A stretch of DNA of 64,000 bases from Candidatus Woesebacteria bacterium (GTDB taxonomy: Bacteria; Patescibacteriota; Microgenomatia; UBA1400; UBA12028), in NCBI GenBank assembly GCA_040006915.1, contig JBDTWD010000003.1, forward strand, positions 38,023 through 102,022, written 5' to 3'. Shown piece after piece: positions 1-9,717 of the stretch. The translations under genes were made by a program, and so were the position numbers. The notes under the pieces were generated by a model. The model saw nothing but the letters and a program-made list of their open reading frames with translations. It had not been told where the DNA came from and searched no databases. Position 1 is the first letter of the stretch. Every line of letters begins with the position of its first letter.

Positions 1-305
1 CACCGTGTCTCAGTTACCTTGTGGCCGATCACGCTCTCACGTCGGCTACCCGTCGTCGCCTTGGTGGGCTTTTACCCCGCCAACTAGCTGATAGGGCGCA
101 GGCTCCTCTCATAGCGTCTTACGACTTTGATCTTGCGATCACATGCGGTATTAATTGGCCTTTCGGCCAGCTATTCCCCACTACGAGGTAGATTCCTACG
201 CGTTACTCACCCGTCTGCCGCTAAACTTATATTGCTATAAATTTCGCTCGACTTGCATGCTTAAGGCACACCGCCAGCGTTCATCCTGAACCAGGATCAA
301 ATTCT
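1..305 (-). rRNA. rrs: 16S rRNA, 5' ~305 nt (gene continues beyond window start)
   Basis: Reverse complement of 220-305 reads AGAATTTGATCCTGGTTCAGGATGAACGCTGGCGGTGTGCCTAAGCATGCAAGTCGAGCG, the canonical 16S 5' end. Window position 1 is the reverse complement of GGTAACTGAGACACGGTG (~E. coli position 320). Confidence 0.9.
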
Positions 306-607
306 TAGGAAAATTTTCAAAAAATTAACAAAATTAAAAGAATTGAACGGATTTTAACTTGTACACACGAAAAATTTTATTCTCTCGTGGTCAAGCAAAA
401 TCCGTCAAAAAAGACTGTTTTGGCTTACCACGATGAAAACGGTTGGTTTCGTGTTCATTCAAATATAAAGCATTCTTCAATTGTAAAAGAGCAAAAAGAA
501 TATGTTCTAAAGACGAAAAAACCCCAGGTTGCTGGAGTTTTAATTCATGCAAACCTTGAAGGTGATGTCTAGAACATATGGGTATAATACCAACTCCCCA
601 GAGAAAA

Positions 608-982
608 TCAAGCACCAGATGTGGAATAGACAATATAACTCACGACTGCACACAGCAGTGTTCCCCACGCCCAATCGATCAACGTCATTTGAAGTGAATA
701 CTTTGTAAGTACCGCATAGTTGGTAAGGTCGTAGACTCCATAGGTAATCGCTCCCAAAATTCCCCCAAGCAGCGCGGCATGAGTAGCACTTCCCTTAGCC
801 TGAGGTAACACAAAGATTGTTATCCCCACTGCAAGTAAGAGGTAGGTTCCGAGTGCGGGAGCTAGACGGATGGTCCGTGCAAATGGAGACAACCACGTAT
901 CATAGAAGCGTTTCCCGATAAATCCAATCCAAGGAAGATCAATGATAAGAAAGGAAATGAAAGCGACGAGGAAAGTTCTCAT
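608..982 (-). CDS. hypothetical small integral membrane protein (4 predicted TM)
   Basis: 124-aa ORF, hydrophobic throughout, no recognisable catalytic motif. Confidence 0.4.
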   Translation of the reverse strand: MRTFLVAFISFLIIDLPWIGFIGKRFYDTWLSPFARTIRLAPALGTYLLLAVGITIFVLPQAKGSATHAALLGGILGAITYGVYDLTNYAVLTKYSLQMTLIDWAWGTLLCAVVSYIVYSTSGA

Positions 983-997
983 ATCCCCATTGTGTCG

Positions 998-1858
998 TTA
1001 CTTTTCAAAAATTTCCAGTGCCTCACGTTCTTCACGGCTAATTTTTTCTGGCATCGAGATGACAAGTCGCACGTATTCGTCCCCTTTTCCTCGTCCTGAG
1101 ACATGTGGAATACCATATTCACGAAGCCTCACCATGGTATTGGGTTGGGTACCCGGACGGACTTTTAGCTTCAAATTATCTTCTAAAGTCGGCACAGTAA
1201 TATCACCACCGAGGATAGCACGATAGAATGGGACTTCGACATCGATATAGACATCATCTCCTTCACGTTTAAAGGTACTGTCTGGTTCTACTGCGATCAC
1301 GATATCAAAGTCTTGGTACCGAATTCGAGTGCCTGTATCCGCACCGGGCGGAATCTTAATCGTTTTTTTCTTGCCATCAATTTGAACTTCTTTGTTCACC
1401 CCTTTGACGGCTTCCATGAATTTGATATCCAACTGATAGACCTGTTTCTTCGGACCTCGACGCATGCCACCGCCAAAGAATGATTCAAAGATATCAAAAG
1501 GATCAGAGAATCCTTGTCCACCAAAATCAAAGCCTTCAAATGGATTTCCTTGTCCTCCACCACGATTTGTATACGTATAGGAGAATGGTCCACCACCGGG
1601 ATTTCCACCTTGGGCGCTGCCCATATTGCCTTGTTGGAAAGCGCTGTGACCATACTGATCGTAGGTCGTCTTCTTTTGGGTATCAGAGAGTACTTCGTAG
1701 GCTTCATTAATTTCTTTAAACTTGGCCTCTGCTCCCGCTTCTTTATTTCGGTCAGGATGATACTGCATCGCTGACTTACGGTACGCAGACTTAATGTCTG
1801 CCGCCGATGCAGATTTTGAGACACCGAGGATATCGTAATAGTCACGTGAGGTTGCCAT
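998..1858 (-). CDS. dnaJ: DnaJ-family co-chaperone (J domain + G/F-rich region + C-terminal domains, no CxxCxGxG zinc finger; CbpA/type II-like)
   Basis: N-terminus DYYDILGV...YHPDRN is an HPD J-domain. Gly/Phe-rich linker follows. Zero cysteines in 286 aa. Confidence 0.8.
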   Translation of the reverse strand: MATSRDYYDILGVSKSASAADIKSAYRKSAMQYHPDRNKEAGAEAKFKEINEAYEVLSDTQKKTTYDQYGHSAFQQGNMGSAQGGNPGGGPFSYTYTNRGGGQGNPFEGFDFGGQGFSDPFDIFESFFGGGMRRGPKKQVYQLDIKFMEAVKGVNKEVQIDGKKKTIKIPPGADTGTRIRYQDFDIVIAVEPDSTFKREGDDVYIDVEVPFYRAILGGDITVPTLEDNLKLKVRPGTQPNTMVRLREYGIPHVSGRGKGDEYVRLVISMPEKISREEREALEIFEK

Positions 1859-1878
1859 AAAGAGAGCCTGTTTAGAAA

Positions 1879-2292
1879 TTAGTTTGCCACTTTCTTACCG
1901 CCCTCATCTTTCACTTGGATAACATCCAAAGCATACGACACGATCTCGGATTTTCCTTCGACGAAGACAAATTTGTACGTACCCACTTCATTAAATGGGA
2001 AACCTTCAAAATTTGAAACAAAATTAAATTTCCCGTTCTCACCAAAATTAAGCTTCACATCGGCCGCAAAATCTTCTTTTCCTGATGGAGCTACAATCTT
2101 TAATTTTACTTCTTCTTCTGTATTTGCGGGTCCGATAAAGGTCACAACAAATGACATACGAGCATGGCTTCCTGGAAGTTGACGCACGAACAGTTTGTCA
2201 AAGATTCCAATGACCGACAATTTCTTGTCTTCCCCTGTCATAGCGTAATCTGCCAAAGCGACGAGCTCTGCAGTGATTGTTGTTTTTGCCAT
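1879..2292 (-). CDS. hypothetical protein (137 aa) located between dnaK and dnaJ
   Basis: Clean ORF, no recognised motif. Position inside the heat-shock operon. Confidence 0.5.
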   Translation of the reverse strand: MAKTTITAELVALADYAMTGEDKKLSVIGIFDKLFVRQLPGSHARMSFVVTFIGPANTEEEVKLKIVAPSGKEDFAADVKLNFGENGKFNFVSNFEGFPFNEVGTYKFVFVEGKSEIVSYALDVIQVKDEGGKKVAN

Positions 2293-2307
2293 AGTTTCCT
2301 TTCAATA

Positions 2308-2490
2308 TTATTTACGAACTTTCGCTTTCAACAATCGAAAAACAATTGCAGAAATAAAAACGACTGTCACTATTGCTGATGAAAAAATCGCGTTATCTTT
2401 TACCCTTGAAGAAGAATCTGTGATCAAAACAAATACAGAAATTCCCATCAAAACCAGATATAGTACAAAGATCTTTTTCGACTTCGTCAT
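2308..2490 (-). CDS. small 2-TM membrane protein (60 aa), hypothetical
   Basis: Two hydrophobic helices and a basic C-terminus. Tightly packed between dnaK and the 137-aa ORF. Confidence 0.3.
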   Translation of the reverse strand: MTKSKKIFVLYLVLMGISVFVLITDSSSRVKDNAIFSSAIVTVVFISAIVFRLLKAKVRK

Positions 2491-2546
2491 AGTTGAATAT
2501 GGACACAGAGATCCAGTTTCTTAAGACTGAACCCCAATTTATTATC

Positions 2547-4448
2547 TTATTCTTTAACCACTTCACCTTCCTCAGCATCTTTCTTTGCGTCGTCAGTTGT
2601 CGCATCGGCAGCTGCAGGCTCTGCTCCATCAGTTGGAACTTTGGCTGCTTGCGCTTTGGACATGGCTTCCCCAATCTTTTGAGCAGATTGCAATGTTGCT
2701 TCCATCGCGGTTTTGAGTTCCTCTTCAGTCGCATCTTCTTTTTTGGCGAGGACTTCTAACTCATTGACGTTCTTTTCGATGGCTTCTTTGTCCGCAGCTT
2801 CCAAGTGTTCACCATATTCTTTCAGTTGCTTGCGCAGTTCAAAGACTGTGTGCTCCGCTTGGTTGCGAGATTCGATGAGTTTCTTTTTGGCCTCATCTTC
2901 CTCACGATGCTTTTCTGCCTCATTGACCATCTTCTCAACTTCCTCTTTTGAGAGATTGGTGGAATTTTGGATAGTAATCTTTTGCTCTTTGCCACTGGTC
3001 TTGTCCTGGGCTTTGACGTGCAAGATACCATTGGTATCGATATCAAAGGTGACTTCGACTTGTGGGACTCCACGTGGAGCCGGTGGGATACCATCGAGAA
3101 TAAAGCGACCTAAAGACTTGTTGTCAGTTGCCATCTCACGTTCACCTTGCAAGACGTTAATCTCTACTTGTGTCTGACTGTCAGCTGCGGTACTAAAGAC
3201 CTGTGCCTTACTGGTCGGTACGGTAGTGTTGCGTGGAATGAGTGGCGTTCGTACACCTCCAAGAGTTTCAAGACCCAAGGTCAGTGGTGTAACGTCCAGC
3301 AAGACCACATCTTTGACATCTCCAGTAATAACACCGGCTTGTACTGCCGCTCCGACAGCGACTACTTCATCAGGGTTGACACCCAAATGTGGTTCTTTAC
3401 CAAAGAATTTCTTCACTTCTTCTTGTACCTTTGGCATACGAGTCATACCACCGACCATCACCACTTCATTGATTTCAGACTTACTATGTCCAGCATCTTT
3501 GAGGGCTTGTTCGACTGGTTTGAATGATCCGCTGATTAGGTCATCGACGAGCTCTTCCATCTTTGCTCTCGTTAAATTCATGGTCAGATGCAAAGGTCCA
3601 TCTGAACCTTGGGTGATAAATGGCAAGTTGATTTCAGTCGTGGTTGCTGAAGATAATTCAATCTTCGCTTTCTCCGCAGCATCTTTGATACGCTGTAGTG
3701 CCTGTTTGTCTTTTTTCAAATCAACAGAATTTTCTTTTTTGAATTCTCCGATGATCCAGTCGATAATGCGGCCATCAAAGTCATCGCCTCCAAGAAAGGT
3801 GTTTCCGTTGGTTGATTTCACTTCAAAGACACCATCACCAATTTCCAAAATGGAAATATCAAAGGTTCCACCACCAAGGTCATAAACTGCAATCACTTCA
3901 TTTTTCTTTTGATCCAAACCGTAGGCCAATGCTGCGGCAGTTGGCTCATTCAAAATGCGTTCCACAGTCAAACCGGCAATTTCCCCAGCTTGTTTAGTTG
4001 CTTGACGCTGCGCATCATCAAAATATGCGGGAACGGTGATAACTGCTTGAGTGACTTTTTCTCCTAAGAAGGCTTCGGCGTCTGCCTTGGCTTTCGAGAG
4101 AGTCATCGCAGAAATTTCTTGTGGTGTATAGACTTTCCCTTCCACTTCCACACACGCCATACCATCTTTCCCTTTTACGATCTTGTAGGCTACATGCTCC
4201 ATGGTCTTTTTCACTTCAGGGTCGGTAAACTTTCGTCCCATCAAACGTTTTACTGAGTTGATAATCTTGTCAGACTTTAATACCATCTGGCGCTTAGCGG
4301 TTGCACCGACGGTACGGGTGGTTGGATCTACGATACTGGGATAGGTGTTTGTTCCTTCTGCAGTTGGGATCACTTTTGGTTTTCCACCCATCATCACAGC
4401 GATTGCACTGTTGGTCGTACCGAGATCAATTCCAATTACTTTTGCCAT
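2547..4448 (-). CDS. dnaK: chaperone DnaK (Hsp70). Likely start is [14 protein letters not shown] at 4448; the ORF track extends to 4463.
   Basis: [18 protein letters not shown] and full-length Hsp70 architecture. Confidence 0.97.
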   Translation of the reverse strand: MAKVIGIDLGTTNSAIAVMMGGKPKVIPTAEGTNTYPSIVDPTTRTVGATAKRQMVLKSDKIINSVKRLMGRKFTDPEVKKTMEHVAYKIVKGKDGMACVEVEGKVYTPQEISAMTLSKAKADAEAFLGEKVTQAVITVPAYFDDAQRQATKQAGEIAGLTVERILNEPTAAALAYGLDQKKNEVIAVYDLGGGTFDISILEIGDGVFEVKSTNGNTFLGGDDFDGRIIDWIIGEFKKENSVDLKKDKQALQRIKDAAEKAKIELSSATTTEINLPFITQGSDGPLHLTMNLTRAKMEELVDDLISGSFKPVEQALKDAGHSKSEINEVVMVGGMTRMPKVQEEVKKFFGKEPHLGVNPDEVVAVGAAVQAGVITGDVKDVVLLDVTPLTLGLETLGGVRTPLIPRNTTVPTSKAQVFSTAADSQTQVEINVLQGEREMATDNKSLGRFILDGIPPAPRGVPQVEVTFDIDTNGILHVKAQDKTSGKEQKITIQNSTNLSKEEVEKMVNEAEKHREEDEAKKKLIESRNQAEHTVFELRKQLKEYGEHLEAADKEAIEKNVNELEVLAKKEDATEEELKTAMEATLQSAQKIGEAMSKAQAAKVPTDGAEPAAADATTDDAKKDAEEGEVVKE

Positions 4449-4475
4449 ATATGTTTCCTCCATTTAAATAACTAT

Positions 4476-4955
4476 TTAATTACTTTTTGTACCAACAATT
4501 ACTTTTGCGGGTTTAATAACAATTCCATTAAGCGCATATCCAACACTCACTACTTCTACTACTTTATCTTCCTCTCCTTCTTTCGTATCAATCGCTTCCA
4601 TCGTTTGTGGGTCAAATGGTAAACCGACTGGATTAATTTCTTGCAATCCTTGTGATTCAAACACGTGTTTAAATTGAGTAATCACCATGTCTAACCCCTT
4701 GTCTTTGACATGTTTAGCGGCTAACAGCAAATGGTCATACGGTTCTACTAGTTGTTCAACAAAATCTTTGGTTGCCAGCTTCGCAAAGCGCATACTGCTT
4801 TCAGCCGTCTGACGTTCAAGATTTTGGTAATCAGCTAAAGCTCTTTTATACTTCCCTTCAGTCTCTGCCAGTTTCATTTCGCACTCTGTATGGTCTGCGA
4901 CCACTTCTTCTACTTCTTCTGCTTGGAGACTATCTGCCATAGGTTTTTTGCTCAT
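4476..4955 (-). CDS. grpE: nucleotide exchange factor GrpE. Likely start is MSKKPMADSL; the track ORF extends to 4988.
   Basis: Coiled-coil N-terminus and GrpE C-terminal beta domain. Position between hrcA and dnaK. Confidence 0.85.
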   Translation of the reverse strand: MSKKPMADSLQAEEVEEVVADHTECEMKLAETEGKYKRALADYQNLERQTAESSMRFAKLATKDFVEQLVEPYDHLLLAAKHVKDKGLDMVITQFKHVFESQGLQEINPVGLPFDPQTMEAIDTKEGEEDKVVEVVSVGYALNGIVIKPAKVIVGTKSN

Positions 4956-4960
4956 AGATT

Positions 4961-5701
4961 TTATTTTCCTACTACATCTACTATACAATTACGAAAGTAT
5001 CGCATCATCGGAATCACGTATGGATAGTCAAAGCGACTACTTCCTACCACACCCAACCAACTTCGATGCCCACCGGCGGTGAATTTGGTAAAGATAAAGC
5101 CGACAGAATCTAAAGACGTATTCCCTAATTCTTCACCAAAAACGATTTGAACTGGTTGTTCTCCTTCAAATTTCTCAAAAATCTCCATCATTAAACTGGT
5201 TTCATCAATCAGGTTTAACACCGCTCGCATTGCATCAATATCAAAGAATTCAGGCATGGAGAGGAGTTGGGCTGACCCTGAGATAAACAACTGTCCATCA
5301 TCGGTCATAGCAAAGCCGACTGAGTGCGCACGTTGTGCCAAGATTTTAGTTGATTCTTGTAACAAAAGGTTTAAATGGGTGCGTCGTTGCCAAATGCGTT
5401 CTTTGAAAGAGACTTCTTCAGCAACTGAGAGATCTTTCTCTCGCATTAAGTCACGAACATACACTTTCATCGCCAAAGACGTGGGACTGCGCCCGGCTGA
5501 GGTGTGTGGCTGCTTTAAGTACCCATGTTTGGTCAAGTAGACCATTTCATTGCGAATAGTTGCCGGAGAAACACCAAGACTATATTTGCGATCAATAGTG
5601 TCAGAACCGACAGCCTCGGCAGTATTAATATACTCCTCGACTACGGCTCGTAAAATTTGGACTTGTCTTGAGGTAAGGTCAATCATAGCTAACTGCGTCA
5701 A
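4961..5701 (-). CDS. hrcA: heat-inducible transcription repressor HrcA
   Basis: N-terminal wHTH (LTSRQVQILRAVVEEY...), HrcA-length protein, first gene of the dnaK operon, CIRCE immediately upstream. Confidence 0.85.
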   Translation of the reverse strand: MTQLAMIDLTSRQVQILRAVVEEYINTAEAVGSDTIDRKYSLGVSPATIRNEMVYLTKHGYLKQPHTSAGRSPTSLAMKVYVRDLMREKDLSVAEEVSFKERIWQRRTHLNLLLQESTKILAQRAHSVGFAMTDDGQLFISGSAQLLSMPEFFDIDAMRAVLNLIDETSLMMEIFEKFEGEQPVQIVFGEELGNTSLDSVGFIFTKFTAGGHRSWLGVVGSSRFDYPYVIPMMRYFRNCIVDVVGK

Positions 5702-5708
5702 AGACGAG

Positions 5709-5735
5709 TTAGCAGTAATAATAAACGAGTGCTAA
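5709..5735 (-). promoter_or_regulatory. CIRCE operator (HrcA binding site)
   Basis: TTAGCAGTA-N9-GAGTGCTAA inverted repeat, one mismatch from the consensus TTAGCACTC-N9-GAGTGCTAA, 8 bp upstream of the hrcA start. Confidence 0.8.
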
Positions 5736-5746
5736 GAGTCTGTCAA
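5718..5746 (-). promoter_or_regulatory. sigma70-type promoter of the hrcA operon (-35 TTGACA, 17-nt spacer, -10 TATTAT inside the CIRCE loop)
   Basis: Minus-strand reading: TTGACA (5741-5746) + 17 nt + TATTAT (5718-5723). Classic CIRCE-overlapping arrangement. Confidence 0.55.
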
Positions 5747-6210
5747 GTGGAGGAAGATTGGCGTCGTTTCACGAGTTCCCTTGGGGAAAGTTTGCGTGTA
5801 GCGAATACTTTTTCATTGATTCCCAACACCGAACCGACGCCGAATAAGGCAATTGCTCCTCCGGCGACGAGCCAGGTTTCAAACCCGGTCTTCGGGGAGT
5901 GCTTTAGCTTCGCAGAAAGTGAAGCAATTGGTGTGGGGCTTGGGCTTACCTTAGGTGAAGGCGAAACTGTGGGTTTTGGCGTAGTCGTTGGACGAATAGT
6001 CGAGGCTGGGGTAGGTGATGTGGTCCCTGCTGCACATGAACAGGTCGAGGATGAGGGACAACTATTTAAACGACAAACACCAACATAACAGCGATATCCA
6101 GAGCTACAATCTCCATCAACCTCACATTTTTGGTTACACATATTAGTCTGTGCGTAGACAGGGGCAACCGAAAACAAAAGGAAAAGTAGTGTTGTTGCAA
6201 TTTTTTTCAT
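5743..6210 (-). CDS. secreted Cys-rich surface protein: signal peptide, one 8-Cys module, Pro/Thr/Ser linker, SPKTG-like sorting motif + TM + basic tail
   Basis: MKKIATTLLFLLFSVAPVYAQ signal peptide. CNQKCEVDGDCSSGYRCYVGVCRLNSCPSSSTCSC has the same 8-Cys spacing as the repeats at 40.2 kb and 51.7 kb. ...HSPKTG-FETWLVAGGAIALFGVGSVLG-INEK...RKLSPRELVKRRQ. Confidence 0.6.
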   Translation of the reverse strand: MKKIATTLLFLLFSVAPVYAQTNMCNQKCEVDGDCSSGYRCYVGVCRLNSCPSSSTCSCAAGTTSPTPASTIRPTTTPKPTVSPSPKVSPSPTPIASLSAKLKHSPKTGFETWLVAGGAIALFGVGSVLGINEKVFATRKLSPRELVKRRQSSST

Positions 6211-6265
6211 ATTCGGGCGTAGTATACCCGAATAGAAGGCGGTTTACAACTGAAAAAGGGAGGGT

Positions 6266-6559
6266 TTAGTCGATACGCCTACGCTTCTTTCTCACCTCCA
6301 GCCTATTGTCTGCAGGTATAAACATCACCGAATACTCTGATGGCAAGAGGATCGGTTCACGCCCCTTAAGCTGATTTCTCTCCACCACCACAAGGGTACC
6401 AGCTATTCGTATAACAAAATATTCCGTTCCCAATTTGTCTTTTCCTTTAACCACAACACATTCAAACATGTGTACATATTCACCCTTACCATTCACATCT
6501 ATCAGTTGAGAAATTGGTTTTAGTTCGATCAGTTGTTTTTCTTTTGTCTTTAATTCCAT
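6266..6559 (-). CDS. hypothetical protein (97 aa), possibly small beta-barrel
   Basis: Clean ORF, basic C-terminus, no recognised motif. Confidence 0.4.
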   Translation of the reverse strand: MELKTKEKQLIELKPISQLIDVNGKGEYVHMFECVVVKGKDKLGTEYFVIRIAGTLVVVERNQLKGREPILLPSEYSVMFIPADNRLEVRKKRRRID

Positions 6560-6577
6560 ATTCTTTCTAGAAGAGAG

Positions 6578-7639
6578 TTAAATAATAATCCCACCACCAT
6601 AACACGTGTCTTGATGATAGAAAACAGCACTTTGGCCAGATGCCACTCCCTGCTGTGCTTCGCACAGATTGATTTTATTTCCCTTCAGCGTACAGGGAAT
6701 CAATTGCCCTGTATGCCGGATTCTGACCATTAACTTTTGGTCGTCTTCGCCTGATGATGAGCGAATCCAGTGAATGTCTTCAATTTCAAACGTATCTTTA
6801 TATGTCTCTGCACCAAAGCCAACAACCAGTTGGTTTTTCTCCCCATCTTTATGGATGACATAAAATGGCGGAATTGCATGCTTATCGATTCCTTCAATGG
6901 TTTTGACCACAAACGCATCATCAAACCCATGTCTCTGCCCGATGGTATAAAACCATAAGCCTTTGTGTCGTCCAATAACTCTTCCTTTGGTATCAACCAC
7001 ATCACCAGGATTCTCACCTAAACGATCTTTTAAGAAGTTGTGGACGTTGATCTCACCAATAAAACAAATCCCCTGACTATCAGGCTTGGTGGCCGTCAGT
7101 AATTCATATTCTTTCGCCAATTTTCTAACTTCTGGTTTGGTCAAATGCCCGATGGGAAAGAGAACATGTGAGAGTTGCTCTTCACGTAACCGATATAAGA
7201 AATAGGTTTGATCTTTGTGTTCATCAACGCTGCGAACCAGCGCATTATCTATAATCTGTGCATAATGACCGGTTGCCACGGCATCAAACCCTTGCTCCAT
7301 CGCCCAGTCATAAAAAAGCCCAAATTTAATTTCTTTGTTACAAAGCACATCTGGATTTGGAGTCTTTCCAGCTTTATACGTCTCAAAGAAATATTCAACT
7401 ACTTTTTGTCGGTACGCTTCTTTGAAATCCAGTACTTGAAATGGAATACCCAATTTTAAAGCTATCGCCAATGCATCTTTCCGATCTTCTTCCGCTCGGC
7501 AGCCTGGAGCTCGCCAGCATTCCAAAAATACTCCGGTCACGTCGTAACCAGCTTTCTGCAGAAGAACCGCTGAGACTGAGGAGTCTACTCCTCCTGACAT
7601 TCCCAGAGCGATTTTTTTTCTTGTATTATCTTGCGCCAT
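6578..7639 (-). CDS. mnmA: tRNA-specific 2-thiouridylase MnmA. Start at MAQDNTRKKIALGMSGGVDSS; the track ORF extends to 7762.
   Basis: PP-loop SGGVDSS and MnmA-length body with conserved Cys residues. Confidence 0.9.
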   Translation of the reverse strand: MAQDNTRKKIALGMSGGVDSSVSAVLLQKAGYDVTGVFLECWRAPGCRAEEDRKDALAIALKLGIPFQVLDFKEAYRQKVVEYFFETYKAGKTPNPDVLCNKEIKFGLFYDWAMEQGFDAVATGHYAQIIDNALVRSVDEHKDQTYFLYRLREEQLSHVLFPIGHLTKPEVRKLAKEYELLTATKPDSQGICFIGEINVHNFLKDRLGENPGDVVDTKGRVIGRHKGLWFYTIGQRHGFDDAFVVKTIEGIDKHAIPPFYVIHKDGEKNQLVVGFGAETYKDTFEIEDIHWIRSSSGEDDQKLMVRIRHTGQLIPCTLKGNKINLCEAQQGVASGQSAVFYHQDTCYGGGIII

Positions 7640-7696
7640 GAGGCAATTATACCAAGAGAGCGTTTTTTCTCTAAAATCGTGTAAAATAGCTAGAGT

Positions 7697-8740
7697 ATGT
7701 TCACTGTAAAACCACTTTTCTTCTCTCGTACTACCCCCACCGGCCCACAGCCATATCAACATTTAGATGCTGCGATGCAGATGGTGATTGATGAGGCGGA
7801 AAAACATGGAATGCACTGGGAATTATTGACAGATAGTGATGTGGTTGCAGTGACGTATAAAGGAAAAACCAATTATTTTCGTAACCGTGCTCCCTCTACA
7901 ACTCACGTTCCCGCCACTAAAATTTGTCAGAATAAAGCCGCAACTAGCGCCTTCTTGCGCAAAGCCGGTGTATGTGTTGTTAAAAGTTTGACTGTGTATT
8001 CTTCCGATTCAAAAGAGTATCTCCAGGCCGTGTGGGATACCCTTGCCAAACCGTTGGTGATTAAACCAGCACAAGGAATGCATGGAGATGCTGTCCATGT
8101 CGGAATTGCTGATCAAGCAGAATATTTTTCACTGATTCAAAGTTATTTTGTTCAACCTCTCTATGGTGGTGGCCTTGTCATCGAAGAAATGTTTTCCGGA
8201 AAAGAATATCGCATTATGGTTACCCAGGAAAAAGTTCTCGCCGTCATTGAGCGAATCCCGGCGTTTGTGACTGGAGACGGAGAACACACTATTCGAGAAT
8301 TAATCAAATTAAAGAATCAATTGCCCATTCGTAATGTCTCCCAAGATATTTATCCTCACATTAAAATTGATGATGACTTACTTGCCACTCTTAAACGACA
8401 AGAAAAAGACATTGAATCTGTTCCTACAAAAGATGAAACAATTCATTTACGTCGGGTTTCAAATGTAATGGCGGGTGGAGAAACGGTGGACCGAACCGAT
8501 GAGATTCATCCTTCGGTTGCTAAAATTGCAATGCAAACCATTCAAGCTATTCCAGGATTAAGTTGGGCGGGGATTGATTTCATGACTACAGATCTTTTCA
8601 GCGAACAAAATGAAAATTCCTACCGAATTATCGAAGTAAACGCAGCTCCAGAGTTTGATATGCATGAGTTGCCAATGCAAGGAAAAGCACGCCCGGTCTC
8701 TTTCGAATTTTTGAAACTTATGTTTCCCGATCTTTCGTAG
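7697..8740 (+). CDS. ATP-grasp domain protein resembling the N-terminal ATP-grasp domain of cyanophycin synthetase (stand-alone, no Mur-ligase domain)
   Basis: KPAQGMHGDAVHV..., EYRIMV..., RIIEVNAAPEFDMHELPMQGKARPV resembles the CphA EVNAAPG..MH motif region as I recall it. Confidence 0.55.
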   Translation: MFTVKPLFFSRTTPTGPQPYQHLDAAMQMVIDEAEKHGMHWELLTDSDVVAVTYKGKTNYFRNRAPSTTHVPATKICQNKAATSAFLRKAGVCVVKSLTVYSSDSKEYLQAVWDTLAKPLVIKPAQGMHGDAVHVGIADQAEYFSLIQSYFVQPLYGGGLVIEEMFSGKEYRIMVTQEKVLAVIERIPAFVTGDGEHTIRELIKLKNQLPIRNVSQDIYPHIKIDDDLLATLKRQEKDIESVPTKDETIHLRRVSNVMAGGETVDRTDEIHPSVAKIAMQTIQAIPGLSWAGIDFMTTDLFSEQNENSYRIIEVNAAPEFDMHELPMQGKARPVSFEFLKLMFPDLS

Positions 8741-9716
8741 CATCTGATATTTTGTCAAAGAAGTTCATTTTCCCAATTTCTAACAAACTCTTTTTGTACC
8801 CTGCCATATTTTCAGTGATAAAAGTGGGAAGGAGTAACGGTTGAACAGTCGACAACGGCTTTAGCATATCAACATCTTCTTGGGCAATTTTACCAATGTA
8901 TAAATCAGTAGGATCAAAATCGCGTTTTCGTAACCACTTCCAAACTTCAATCGCACCGCTAAAATAAATTTGATCTTTCGGAAACGCCCCTGGTTTAGAG
9001 GTATCGACGATTCCACGCTTCACTCGAACGCTAATATCAAAACGTCTCTCCCGATCGGAGATATGATCTTTCAACATCGCATACACTTCACTGAATGAAT
9101 GTGCCTGTGCGTAAAAGACTGCAAGATAGTTAATCGCTTGAAAAACCAATAATTTATTCTCTTTGGGAATTTGAGAATGAAGAACTGCCAATCCTTCTTC
9201 CGTTACAAAATGTGGATGGAGTTTTAATTCCTTGGCTTTTGATCTCCATAACTGTTGACGATCGTTCATCGAACGAATTTGGTGAGTTCCGATTTCGTGA
9301 TACAGCATCCCAAGCAACCCTGACTGGGTATACTCAACGGGCAAACGAATAATTAACGTATTCTTGTACATAGAAGTACGCGCTACAGTGCTGCGAGTAA
9401 ATTGAAGAGTAATGATTCGCGACAAATTTTCATGTTCCAAAAAAGCTACTACAATTTTTTCAACATCTTCTTTCGATAAAAGCGGTTCTTTTTGATCTGT
9501 TTTTTCAAACGCAGGAGACAGTGCATTTTTTTCTGCATAATCTAGAACTTTTTCAGCTAACGATACATATTCAGAGGAAACTCCTCCATATCGTTGCAGC
9601 TCTTCAGGACTCACAGGATCGGTATACGAAAATTGTGGATTGTATAAGGGATCAAAGAAAAACTTTTTCTTCTCCTCTTCCAAATTCGCTGGTAATATCC
9701 GTTGAATAAACGTCAT
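8718..9716 (-). CDS. DUF1704-like protein (QEGLA-motif family) with HExxH, putative Zn-dependent peptidase/amidase
   Basis: HEIGTHQ (HExxH) and FVTEEGLAVLHSQ (QEGLA-like motif). 332 aa. Confidence 0.55.
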   Translation of the reverse strand: MTFIQRILPANLEEEKKKFFFDPLYNPQFSYTDPVSPEELQRYGGVSSEYVSLAEKVLDYAEKNALSPAFEKTDQKEPLLSKEDVEKIVVAFLEHENLSRIITLQFTRSTVARTSMYKNTLIIRLPVEYTQSGLLGMLYHEIGTHQIRSMNDRQQLWRSKAKELKLHPHFVTEEGLAVLHSQIPKENKLLVFQAINYLAVFYAQAHSFSEVYAMLKDHISDRERRFDISVRVKRGIVDTSKPGAFPKDQIYFSGAIEVWKWLRKRDFDPTDLYIGKIAQEDVDMLKPLSTVQPLLLPTFITENMAGYKKSLLEIGKMNFFDKISDATKDRET

Positions 9717-9717
9717 A

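Noticed and set aside
1-305. Insertion/intron in 16S (common in CPR)
   Set aside because: The visible 305 nt align collinearly with ~312 nt of standard 16S, so there is no insertion in this part. The rest of the gene is outside the window.
310-400. 16S rRNA promoter
   Set aside because: The AT-rich region has several TTG/TA-rich hexamers, but none gives a clean -35/-10 pair at 17 bp that I could defend.
387-572. 61-aa ORF just outside the 16S rRNA 5' end
   Set aside because: It lies in the rRNA leader/promoter region and is AT-rich. It is most likely a spurious ORF rather than a gene.
2713-3885. Long plus-strand ORFs (154 and 219 aa) antisense to dnaK
   Set aside because: They sit entirely inside a highly conserved gene on the opposite strand and have Ser/Thr/Cys-rich nonsense-like composition. 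They are shadow ORFs.
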